Below are positions 55,878 to 63,643 of a stretch of 63,643 nt of DNA, one piece after another (position 1 is the first letter of the stretch; each line of letters begins with the position of its first letter). The DNA is taken from the IMG/VR virus record IMGVR_UViG_3300045999_010097, positions 1 to 63,643 of that record; one strand, given 5' to 3'. Below the pieces are notes generated by a model, which worked only from the letters and a program-made list of their open reading frames with translations, was not told where the DNA came from and made no database searches. This DNA comes from a virus (lineage: Duplodnaviria > Caudoviricetes). The position numbers and the translations under genes were made by a program.

Positions 55878-56608
55878 ACGTCATCGAAGCTCTCCTCCGT
55901 CGCGTGGACGCTCTTGAAAACCCACCGGTTGTGTTTGTTCCCTATCTTAACGGGCTTCCGGCTATTGGGAAAAATTGGACGAAGCAAACCTCAACCAGCA
56001 CAGCTCTGACAGCAGACCGGACCGGTGCCGGTACTGTGCTTGGGACGGCTACCGCGTACAATACCGGGTTTTCTGCCGTCAACTATGCTACGGCAGCCGT
56101 CCTGAATGACGAGGCAGGGTTTCAGGATACATCGTTTACTGTAGAAGGTCACAGTAACCCTGTGTTTTCTTGTACCTTTTCTCTTAGTGACGTAGGGGCA
56201 AATTGCCGATTTCATGTTGGGCTAAATAGCTCGACGGCTCCTATGACTTATCCGGCAGCGGCTCAAGCGGCTTTCATACGATATGACGTGTCTGCTGGAG
56301 ATAGCACCTCTACCGGCTTTCGGGTACTGGTCAATACGAGCGGAACAAGCTACCCCGCTGTAGAAAATCAGGTAATCGTACCTGTTGCGAATACGGTCTA
56401 CCGCTTTATGATGGAGTTCGTTTCTGGCGGAAATCGCATGCGAGCCTGGTTGGCTGTTGGAAACGATGATCCGGTGCTCATTGCCAACACAAATAATGCT
56501 CAACTTCCGGCTGTTGGAAGCGAGATGTACATGACCGCTCGCTACAGAACTAACTCGGCCGCCAGTCGAGCCATACGTATTCAGAGTATGTTTGCTGGTC
56601 GTAGATGA
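55874..56608 (+). CDS. Putative tail fibre/receptor-binding protein
   Basis: L.RRV.ALE coiled start, beta-rich body, position. Confidence 0.55.
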   Translation: MNVIEALLRRVDALENPPVVFVPYLNGLPAIGKNWTKQTSTSTALTADRTGAGTVLGTATAYNTGFSAVNYATAAVLNDEAGFQDTSFTVEGHSNPVFSCTFSLSDVGANCRFHVGLNSSTAPMTYPAAAQAAFIRYDVSAGDSTSTGFRVLVNTSGTSYPAVENQVIVPVANTVYRFMMEFVSGGNRMRAWLAVGNDDPVLIANTNNAQLPAVGSEMYMTARYRTNSAASRAIRIQSMFAGRR

Positions 56609-56623
56609 TAGAATACGATTGAG

Positions 56624-57109
56624 GTGCCTATGTCCTACCGTCTTATCTTTCTCGTGCTTTTGATCCCTCTTGCGGCCTACGCGGCTCCTACTGTAGAACG
56701 GCTTCAGTACGCCATTGATGGCCCGCTCGTGCTAGATCCTGTACGAGACAATGACGCGGTTGGCCTAACACCCGTAGCGGCTGTAAGCACTGAAAATTTG
56801 AAAAAGACACGGGACGATATTCAGTTCTTCACAGTCGTGAACACACATCCTACGAACACGGCTGATTTGTGTTTTGGCACGGTTTCTGCTGTCGGTGCGA
56901 CGTGCAACGACGCTCTATGCGGTACGGCTTCGGCTTGGACGAGTCAGGGTTACGCCGCCATCATGAATTGCACTCACGGCAGTCCTTCGCAGGGCAGCCT
57001 CATTCTGCCTCGGACCTCTCGTACCTTTCGATATGACGGTACTAGATGTGGCTGCATCGTAGGCAACGCTGCCTCTGTTCAGGCGCAAGTTGAACGTATT
57101 GTGCGCTGA
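56624..57109 (+). CDS. Signal-peptide-bearing Cys-rich protein
   Basis: LIFLVLLIPLAAYA signal-like N-terminus; 6 Cys. Confidence 0.6.
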   Translation: MPMSYRLIFLVLLIPLAAYAAPTVERLQYAIDGPLVLDPVRDNDAVGLTPVAAVSTENLKKTRDDIQFFTVVNTHPTNTADLCFGTVSAVGATCNDALCGTASAWTSQGYAAIMNCTHGSPSQGSLILPRTSRTFRYDGTRCGCIVGNAASVQAQVERIVR

Positions 57110-57124
57110 CCCAGGGGGTATGAC

Positions 57125-57514
57125 ATGAAGGGCATCGCCGTCATCGTTGCTATTTTGCTATTTAGTGCCTGTCAAAAAACAGGCTATGGTGATTCGTGTC
57201 CCGTGACGCTGCCGGACGCGGTTGACGTCGTCAAGACCGAGATGCCTTGTGCTGTGGCGGTCTTGGATAGAACGGACATTAAATGCAACGAGGCCGATCC
57301 CCTAGACGACGTGGCTTGCGTGTACTGGTGGTACGGGTCCAATATCGCTCGCGGGCGAATGGAAGTTCGCGAGGACCTCGCTGGGCAATGTGTTGTCCAT
57401 GAGGCGATGCACGCCTGTCTGTGGCTGGAAGGCGATGATTGTCGCAACCATGACATGTCTTGCGGCTGGGATGTCGATGAAATCGAGCGTGTCACGGCTA
57501 AGGTGCTCGAATGA
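57125..57514 (+). CDS. Lipoprotein with HExxH motif
   Basis: Lipobox-like LFSAC; VHEAMH. Confidence 0.65.
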   Translation: MKGIAVIVAILLFSACQKTGYGDSCPVTLPDAVDVVKTEMPCAVAVLDRTDIKCNEADPLDDVACVYWWYGSNIARGRMEVREDLAGQCVVHEAMHACLWLEGDDCRNHDMSCGWDVDEIERVTAKVLE

Positions 57515-58362
57515 AACGCGCCAAGCGATATTTCGTCATTGCTGGCGGGGCCTCGCATGGTCCGACCTTGTGGGGCGGCCTCCAGCCTTGGTTGGACCGC
57601 TTTGAGGCTGCGGGCTACGCGGGGGCGTCTATCGGAGCGGTCATTGCTGCCGGTTTGGCTCTTGGGCTAGATCGTCTTTTTCTTGAGACCCAAATGGTTC
57701 GGCTCTTTCAGAAAAACGCTTTGACGGGCGGAAGTAAAGTAATCCGCTTTCACCCACGGCTCGTGTTTACACGCGAAAGCGGAATGCACGACTGGTCGTT
57801 TGTACGAACGGCGCTAAAAGACATTTTTGGTAACGCGAAGATGGGTGATGCCAAAGTGCCTCTGTGCATCGTGGTTGCTGATTGCTACACTGAACGCCCC
57901 GTCTACGTGAGTTCCTGGCAGCATCCCGACGCGGTTATTTGGGAAGTTCTCGCTGCGAGCACAGCGGTGTTTCCTGTCGCGGCGGCTCAGGAGATTCCGT
58001 CTTTGGGTACTGGTAATCGGCTGTACGTTGATGGCGGATGGGGAAACAACTGCCCCCATGACGTTTTTGCCGATAAGCTAGATCCTACGGTCAGCATCTA
58101 TCTGACTCGAAAGGATTCGGACAAGGACGGGCAACCTGACCCTGTAAGACGAGCCGGGTTTGTGCAATTGCTTGAAGCCTGTCTGAATATTGGTTTGTAC
58201 GTCGAACCCAACATCCGTTCTCGTCAGGACGACATTGCTGTCCCCATCGTACCTCAGGGTTCCGGATTGAACTTCAATCTGACTACGGATGAGATTCGAG
58301 CCCGAGTGAGTTCAGGCTTTCGGCAATCGCTAAATGTGCTATACAACTTGACCACCTACTGA
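57511..58362 (+). CDS. Patatin-like phospholipase
   Basis: AGG oxyanion loop, GASIG nucleophile, AS.A.P, DGG. Confidence 0.9.
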   Translation: MKRAKRYFVIAGGASHGPTLWGGLQPWLDRFEAAGYAGASIGAVIAAGLALGLDRLFLETQMVRLFQKNALTGGSKVIRFHPRLVFTRESGMHDWSFVRTALKDIFGNAKMGDAKVPLCIVVADCYTERPVYVSSWQHPDAVIWEVLAASTAVFPVAAAQEIPSLGTGNRLYVDGGWGNNCPHDVFADKLDPTVSIYLTRKDSDKDGQPDPVRRAGFVQLLEACLNIGLYVEPNIRSRQDDIAVPIVPQGSGLNFNLTTDEIRARVSSGFRQSLNVLYNLTTY

Positions 58363-58725
58363 TTGCGAGGCTCTATGCACATCCCGCCCGCTCTTACTCA
58401 AAACACTGATGTTGCGCTTACCTCCGCTGCTGGCTTCGGTACGACATTGAGTCTCGCCTCGACAACCCCTGTAGACCCTGCCAATCCTTGGACTTTCTTG
58501 TCGTATATTCCTGCCCTTATCGGTCCTGCGCTCGCTGTGTTGATGAACCGCTGGTTGTCGGCTCAAGCAGCTAGAAAGCAAGCCCGTGCCACCTTTTTGG
58601 CACAGGAAGCCAAACAACTTGAACAAGACAGCGATAAGACCAATGATGGTAAGGCTAGAGAATTGCGTTTAGAAGCCGCTGAGCTTCAGGCCGAAGCAGA
58701 TGCTTTGACACACAAACAAAGGTGA
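58363..58725 (+). CDS. Putative holin/membrane protein
   Basis: One TM segment plus coiled coil, directly before the endolysin. Confidence 0.45.
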   Translation: MRGSMHIPPALTQNTDVALTSAAGFGTTLSLASTTPVDPANPWTFLSYIPALIGPALAVLMNRWLSAQAARKQARATFLAQEAKQLEQDSDKTNDGKARELRLEAAELQAEADALTHKQR

Positions 58726-58728
58726 ATC

Positions 58729-59187
58729 ATGTCATCAGATGTCATCCGCATCGCTGAGTCTCAAGTCGGTTTTAGAGAAGATCCTAAAGGGTCAAATCGC
58801 GGTGTTGACATCGATAAGTACACCGGAGCCAGGGCCGAACCATGGTGTGCTCATTTCGTTGCTTGGGTGTTTCGCGAAGCAGGCAAACCGATTCCAGGGG
58901 ATATTATCCCCAATAAAAAGAGAGCGAACCCGTTGGCGTCTGTTTCGCACACCGAGCGAGTGTTCGCTGAACACGGATGGCTCGTGCGAGAGCCCGGTCC
59001 AGGGGACGTTGTTTTTTTCAAGACTCGCGGGCAATCTGACCGTGGTCCGGGAAGACATATCGGTATCGTCGTGGGTGTGGACCTAACACACATCGACGTG
59101 GTTGACGGTAACTGGGGCGATCGCGTTTCTAAGCGAAGAATCAGACGGAATGACCCCGAAATCGTCAACTATGGGCGTCGTCCGTGA
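58729..59187 (+). CDS. Endolysin, CHAP/NlpC-P60-type
   Basis: QVG.RE...SN, PWCAHFV.W, PGDVVFF, HIGIV, DGN. Confidence 0.85.
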   Translation: MSSDVIRIAESQVGFREDPKGSNRGVDIDKYTGARAEPWCAHFVAWVFREAGKPIPGDIIPNKKRANPLASVSHTERVFAEHGWLVREPGPGDVVFFKTRGQSDRGPGRHIGIVVGVDLTHIDVVDGNWGDRVSKRRIRRNDPEIVNYGRRP

Positions 59188-59513
59188 CGGTTCCACCAAA
59201 TACGGACCCAGTCCGTAATGCTGAATACAACGCAGCAAACGTAGACCGTGTTCGCGTAGCTACGTTGAATATGTTGCGTAAGAACGGTTGCATCCTACCG
59301 GACTACGTAACCGAGGCAATCGTCGAACAAGTCCTCGAAGAATCTTTGGCGACTCGAAGACGTATCGGATATATGGTTCACGTCTTTACCGAAGCGTTCG
59401 GTGAGGAATGTACTCCAGAACGTCTTGAGCGGCTTGAGATTTGTGTTTTGCTTCATGAACGCGATGCTGCTAACGGCGTCGTTATGCCAGTCGAGGTTGT
59501 AGACGAGGTGTAG
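59184..59513 (+). CDS. Hypothetical protein
   Basis: GTGA-coupled ORF. Confidence 0.55.
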   Translation: MTVPPNTDPVRNAEYNAANVDRVRVATLNMLRKNGCILPDYVTEAIVEQVLEESLATRRRIGYMVHVFTEAFGEECTPERLERLEICVLLHERDAANGVVMPVEVVDEV

Positions 59514-59514
59514 A

Positions 59515-60081
59515 ATGCACCAAGCAGAAGCTTCCCTAGTCGAGCACGCTGTTTCGAGGCTTGCTGTGGTAAGCGGAGAACTCGTACTCGCCCCTGCGCA
59601 TCGAGTAGGCAACGGGTCTTTAGGTGAGTTCGACGACTCAAGTCGGATGCTTGTGGTTGGGTGCAGCAATGCTGATTGGTCGGCTATTCTTGCCCACGAA
59701 CTCGGTCATGTAGAACAGCTTATCAATGGGACATTCAGCCATGTCGGTGAAGCCCAAGACGTGTTTGAGGCTCATCTGAACGGTAAAACCGTCCCGTCTC
59801 GTAAACTACGTCGCGCTACACGAACTCTGCAAAAAATGGAACTCGACGCTGAGCGGCATGCCGTCCGATTGATTGACTTATTCGATTTGCCTGTGGACCG
59901 CTTGATGTACGTAAAAGCGGCGAATGCCTATGTCTGGTCGTTCGAATGGGCACGAAGACACGGAACCTGGCCTTATTCGGCCTGGCCCCTATGTCCCCAT
60001 AAGTTGATTACCGAGCGCGATTTGTGCCGCCTTAGTCCTGAACTAGAATCTGCGATGGGCTCGAAAAACCCATTCAAATAG
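59515..60081 (+). CDS. Zn-metallopeptidase-like protein
   Basis: LAHELGH, E.DAE. Confidence 0.65.
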   Translation: MHQAEASLVEHAVSRLAVVSGELVLAPAHRVGNGSLGEFDDSSRMLVVGCSNADWSAILAHELGHVEQLINGTFSHVGEAQDVFEAHLNGKTVPSRKLRRATRTLQKMELDAERHAVRLIDLFDLPVDRLMYVKAANAYVWSFEWARRHGTWPYSAWPLCPHKLITERDLCRLSPELESAMGSKNPFK

Positions 60082-60402
60082 CTACTTCAGATGCTTGGCC
60101 GGAGTTTTGGCATCGCGAATCTGCTTCAGACGCCGTTGCAGATACCACACAGCCTTCTCAAGGTCTTGCTCCAAGTCAGGTGTTTTCTTACCTGCCCGTG
60201 AGATGTACTTGACCGCGTTGCCGAGACAAAAATCGAGTGCCCACGCCTCAATCACCTTGATCGTCTCGTAAGTAGAGTCTCCCCCGTAGTGAGCGGGATG
60301 ATCGACGGCGGACACTGGGAAATTAATTTTGATATCTCGGAGGTCAGTACATCCTCCACACATGCTGGGTTCTTTACATTGGGGGCCATGCGTCGGTCTC
60401 AT
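60082..60402 (-). CDS. DUF3310 protein (T7 gp1.7-like)
   Basis: VDHPAHY, ETIKVI, FCLGNAVKYISRAGKK, DLEKAVWY. Confidence 0.85.
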   Translation of the reverse strand: MRPTHGPQCKEPSMCGGCTDLRDIKINFPVSAVDHPAHYGGDSTYETIKVIEAWALDFCLGNAVKYISRAGKKTPDLEQDLEKAVWYLQRRLKQIRDAKTPAKHLK

Positions 60403-60782
60403 TTTGTCCTCCTGACGGTTTTTGGTGTGTATTTATCAACAGGCACACCGATATGTTTAGCTACAACATCCAGTGAATGTTCGATCTCAACATAAACCGG
60501 ATCTACCGTTACAGCCATTGACCCTTGTTGAGCCCTAAAGTAGGCCGCTTCGGCAGTAGAATCGATTTGATTCTCCAATTGATGCACTTCAAGACGCCAC
60601 ATATCCGCCCACCAATACAGACGCCAATCCGCATCCGTAAAAGGTTCACCGAGTTGTACCGCTTCGTCTGGATCATCCCGGTAGCCCGGTCGGGCCATGG
60701 CGGCGTCCCACTTCGCATTGGCTCGTTTGAGCCGGTCTAGTAAGCGAGCAGTTTCAGGGCTCATTGCTTGTCCGAACCTCAA
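60399..60782 (-). CDS. Hypothetical protein
   Basis: Coupled ORF. Confidence 0.5.
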   Translation of the reverse strand: MRFGQAMSPETARLLDRLKRANAKWDAAMARPGYRDDPDEAVQLGEPFTDADWRLYWWADMWRLEVHQLENQIDSTAEAAYFRAQQGSMAVTVDPVYVEIEHSLDVVAKHIGVPVDKYTPKTVRRTK

Positions 60783-61062
60783 TAGAAGTGACTGCTAGAC
60801 CCAAAGCAAGGGACGCAGCATATTGAAATGCCGAGGCAGCTTCCCACTGACGTCGGGTCGATGCTTGTTCTGCGAGTTCCATGTAAGTGGAATACAGCTT
60901 TTGTCGAATATCCACAAGTTGTTTTTCAGCAGTCACGGATTCTCCTTCCACGGAAAACGGCCCATACCCTTCGTTGCAGGCGCTCGTTCTCTGCGAGCAA
61001 GCGCCGCAGACGTCGCAGCCGTCCCACGGGTTGCAGTTGTGGCCGACGTGGAGGGCCATCAC
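60754..61062 (-). CDS. Hypothetical protein with Cys/His cluster
   Basis: MALHVGHNCNPWDGCDVCGAC; GGAGG RBS. Confidence 0.5.
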   Translation of the reverse strand: MMALHVGHNCNPWDGCDVCGACSQRTSACNEGYGPFSVEGESVTAEKQLVDIRQKLYSTYMELAEQASTRRQWEAASAFQYAASLALGLAVTSIEVRTSNEP

Positions 61063-61673
61063 TTTTCCTCCAGCAGCGCAAGGGCGGCAGCGACGTCGCC
61101 GTTGGCGAGGGCCGCACGCACCTGCTTCTTCACGCGCCACGCCGTTTTGTCGTTCGTGTAGTAGTGGACCTCGTCGGACCCGCCGCCACTAGACGACGAA
61201 GTCCGCGTCCACCCGTAGCCCTTCTTGCGCCTGACAGCCTCGTCGATGGCTCCTTCGATGAGGTGCCACCTCTGCGGCTGGTCCTCGACGACCTTGGCGA
61301 AACCCGCAGGCAAGCGCACCGTCACCGAGTCAGGCGCAACATCGGAGACGACTGCGAGGCTTCCGATGATGCTGTTGACGGTGTCCTTCTGCACGTCGAC
61401 GACTTCCGACGTCAGCGCCTCGATCCCGTAGAGGGCTTCGCGCACGCCGCGCAACGCCTTGACGCTCTCGATCTTGAGGTCGCTGGGGCCTGCGTCGCCC
61501 GCTTCGACGGACGAGATAGACCACGCGACGTCGCGCAGCGCGTCGATCACCTTGCCCCACGCCTGCGTGAGCGGGTCGCTGCCACCTCGACAATCATCGG
61601 CGGCTTCGGAAATCTTATAGTGAAAAAACGGCTCAGATCCAAATTCTCTAGACACTTGGTCCTCCCTTTTCAT
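61059..61673 (-). CDS. Hypothetical protein
   Basis: GGAGG RBS near 61660; ~200 aa. Confidence 0.55.
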   Translation of the reverse strand: MKREDQVSREFGSEPFFHYKISEAADDCRGGSDPLTQAWGKVIDALRDVAWSISSVEAGDAGPSDLKIESVKALRGVREALYGIEALTSEVVDVQKDTVNSIIGSLAVVSDVAPDSVTVRLPAGFAKVVEDQPQRWHLIEGAIDEAVRRKKGYGWTRTSSSSGGGSDEVHYYTNDKTAWRVKKQVRAALANGDVAAALALLEEK

Positions 61674-61918
61674 CACCCGGCACGGTGTCGAAGGCGGCGA
61701 GGGGCACACTTGTCAAGGGTATTGTGGGCGGCAATGCCGGCCAGCCACAGCACATCGTCGGCAGCGCCGTCCATGTGCGCCGTGTTGCTGTGAGGGATGA
61801 TGGGATACGCCCCTAAGCCTGCGACAATGGCGCCGATCTCCCGTGCGCGGTGGATGTTCTGGTCCACGTCCCACGTCGTCGGCGCGCGATACGGTCCAGC
61901 AATATACACGAGCTTCAT
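61673..61918 (-). pseudogene. Truncated DUF4406/nucleoside deoxyribosyltransferase-like protein
   Basis: MKLVYIAGPY...PHSNT...WLAG, then diverges; the usual downstream CDA...GA..E half is missing. Confidence 0.5.
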
Positions 61919-61931
61919 CACACACCTTCCC

Positions 61932-62207
61932 TCATGGCTTCTCGCCCCTTGCTTTGGCGATGGCTGCTTCGACTTTGCGGAGCGCATCGGTCCACACCGG
62001 ATCGCCCCACGTCGCTGTCGACAGCGACCGAGGCAGCATCGGAGAGATGGCCTCCAGGGCCTCCAGCAGATCGGGCGCGGCGGCGACGAGGTGTCTGTCG
62101 TCGTTCGCGCGCGTGTGGATCTCGCAGATCGTGACGTTGTTCTCGCCGAGAACGATCACCGACGGATAGCCGTCGTCGATCCTCCACGGTCCTTTCGTGT
62201 GGCTCAC
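61932..62207 (-). CDS. HTxGPW...AAAPDLL family phage protein, paralog 1
   Basis: SHTKGPW...LVAAAPDLLEALE...AAIAKARG. Confidence 0.7.
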   Translation of the reverse strand: MSHTKGPWRIDDGYPSVIVLGENNVTICEIHTRANDDRHLVAAAPDLLEALEAISPMLPRSLSTATWGDPVWTDALRKVEAAIAKARGEKP

Positions 62208-62548
62208 GTTCCCTCCGTGTCGTGCGATGCACGGTTCATAGACGCCGCCGTCGAGAAGCCGTCGGGGTATCGCTGCCAAAGCTTCTCGATGTTTATCGTC
62301 GCGACTCGCGACAGCGGAATCCCGAGGTGCCACGCGGCAACCGCGACGTACCAGAGCACGTCGCCAAGTTCCTTTTCCAGTCTTTCAACGTCGAGCGGAT
62401 GTCCGTGCCCGACGTACTTCTTTATCAGGTCGACTGCCTCGCCCGCCTCTCCAGCGAGCCCGAGGCCGATGACGGCAAGCGCCGTCTTCGGGTCCGCGTC
62501 GCTCGCCGCCGTGCGTGCCGCTTTCGTTTGGTAGTCGTCGAGATTCAT
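62204..62548 (-). CDS. MazG-like nucleoside triphosphate pyrophosphohydrolase
   Basis: GLAGEAGE..D..KK, ELGDVLWY, NIEKL..RYP; AGGAG RBS. Confidence 0.9.
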   Translation of the reverse strand: MNLDDYQTKAARTAASDADPKTALAVIGLGLAGEAGEAVDLIKKYVGHGHPLDVERLEKELGDVLWYVAVAAWHLGIPLSRVATINIEKLWQRYPDGFSTAASMNRASHDTEGT

Positions 62549-62625
62549 GCCTGTCTCCTTGCTGCGTTGAAGACCGTCGTCGCCGCGAAGGCGATCCATC
62601 TCGCGTTTCTCCTTTCTCGTCATCG

Positions 62626-62856
62626 TCACGGCATCTCGCCTTGTGCTTCGCGCATCCACAGCGCGGCGGTCATCATCGCTGCCGTCTCACTTTTCTCGAT
62701 CGCGTTCCTGACTTCGATCCACACCCGCCGCTGCGGGTCGCGTCGACGAAGGCTCGACACGACGAACAATCCGTCGTGTCGATGCCAGACCTCGACTCGT
62801 CGATCTTCGCCGTCGAACAACGCTCGGCGTTGTGCCAGCCGATCTGCGAACATCAC
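62626..62856 (-). CDS. Hypothetical protein
   Basis: Coupled small ORF (MFADRLAQRR...). Confidence 0.5.
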   Translation of the reverse strand: MMFADRLAQRRALFDGEDRRVEVWHRHDGLFVVSSLRRRDPQRRVWIEVRNAIEKSETAAMMTAALWMREAQGEMP

Positions 62857-63158
62857 TGCCCCCTTGCCTTTGTGATGGCTGCACGCGCTCCGTCTGCCAT
62901 TCGGCAATCCTCGAGCCACGGAAGCAAATCCTCCAGCGCCGCCAGCAAATCGGGAGCGGCGGCGATGAGGTGGGCGTTTGCCTCGACGACCTCTCGGTTG
63001 ATCGGCTGCCCTTCAAGTCCGATGCAGGGTGCGACCGTGGCCGTCAGGTCCGGCCACGTCCCAAGGTCAACGTATGCGACCCAGTACTTGCCGTGACCGT
63101 AAAACTCAGGCGCGACTTCTGCAACGGCCCACGGTCCCGGTGTGTGCTTGCTGCTCAT
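62853..63158 (-). CDS. HTxGPW...AAAPDLL family phage protein, paralog 2
   Basis: KHTPGPW...ANAHLIAAAPDLLAALE...AAITKARG. Confidence 0.75.
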   Translation of the reverse strand: MSSKHTPGPWAVAEVAPEFYGHGKYWVAYVDLGTWPDLTATVAPCIGLEGQPINREVVEANAHLIAAAPDLLAALEDLLPWLEDCRMADGARAAITKARGQ

Positions 63159-63313
63159 CTCTCACCCTCCTCGTTGATTTTCTTCTCGAGCACCCTCACA
63201 CGTTCAAGCGCCTCGTTGCGCTCATCTTGCATGCGATGCCACACCGATGTAGGCACCACGACGACGTTGACGGTGTCGTCGAGGATACCGAGGATACGGA
63301 ATAGAAAGTTCAT
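63155..63313 (-). CDS. Small hypothetical protein
   Basis: MNFLFRILG..., ATGA-coupled on both sides. Confidence 0.5.
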   Translation of the reverse strand: MNFLFRILGILDDTVNVVVVPTSVWHRMQDERNEALERVRVLEKKINEEGER

Positions 63314-63498
63314 CGGGTCACCGCCATGAGTTTTTGGACTGCGTCTACTGCCTGCTCTTTGCCTTTGGCGACGACGACGCAATCACCGAGGCCGCGCAAG
63401 TACTCATGCCAATCTTTCTGCTCTTTGCTGACGGTCCCGCCGACGGCACGCATCAACGTGTATGCGTTCTCACAGGATTGCCATTCGTCGCGGGTCAT
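63310..63498 (-). CDS. Short chimeric ORF ending in a VRR-NUC-like C-terminal fragment
   Basis: GGTVSKEQKDWHEYLRGLG..VVVAKG..A, without the upstream PD/ExK motifs. Confidence 0.45.
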   Translation of the reverse strand: MTRDEWQSCENAYTLMRAVGGTVSKEQKDWHEYLRGLGDCVVVAKGKEQAVDAVQKLMAVTR

Positions 63499-63643
63499 TG
63501 GTGTCTCCCTTCTGCGGCGTAAGCGTCGAGCGCGACTTGCACCGCGACGTTGAGGATCTCGTCGGCGGCGTCGTCGGCGGCGGCACGGGCGGCGGCACGG
63601 GCGGCGGCACGGGCGGCGGCACGGGCGGCGGCGGCGGCACGGG
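63495..63643 (-). CDS. 3' end of the Ala-rich gene that begins at 742
   Basis: ...RAAARAAADDAADEILNVAVQVALDAYAAEGRHQ*; stop overlaps the next ATG (ATGA). Confidence 0.75.
   Translation of the reverse strand, partial: RAAAAARAAARAAARAAARAAADDAADEILNVAVQVALDAYAAEGRHQ

Overview
This window looks like an essentially complete ~63.6 kb genome of a tailed dsDNA phage with a siphovirus-type tail. It appears circularly permuted: one Ala-rich minus-strand gene runs off position 1 and resumes at 63643. Modules: (i) replication, recombination and nucleotide metabolism, 0.76-19.5 kb (primase-helicase fusion, Cas4-like exonuclease, SF2 helicase, 2 tRNAs plus a CCA-ending tRNA-like RNA, family A DNA polymerase, RNA ligase, Dam-like MTase, RuvC-like resolvase, GT2/HAD/NTP-transferase, ThyX, class II RNR); (ii) a putative terS, a catalytically dead tyrosine-recombinase-like gene and an AT-rich repeat region that may be the physical genome end, 19.5-21.4 kb; (iii) a compositionally distinct, very CGATCG-rich ~4 kb module encoding an amidoligase and a class II glutamine amidotransferase, flanked by operator-like palindromes, 21.4-25.5 kb; (iv) a minus-strand block with two glycosyltransferases, where a 32-bp inverted repeat brackets a promoter-containing 1.9 kb segment, 25.6-33.1 kb; (v) GIY-YIG endonuclease, terL, portal, ClpP-scaffold, capsid, tail and an unusual patatin-containing lysis cassette, 33.2-60 kb; (vi) small minus-strand accessory genes, 60-63.6 kb. 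I saw no intact integrase or repressor, so the phage is probably lytic; the host cannot be determined from sequence alone. The best candidates for new biology are a possibly phase-variable virion glycosylation system (with a recurring TSGAS/SGAT motif in structural proteins) and the CGATCG-rich amidoligase module. All calls come from manual motif recognition; no database searches were run.
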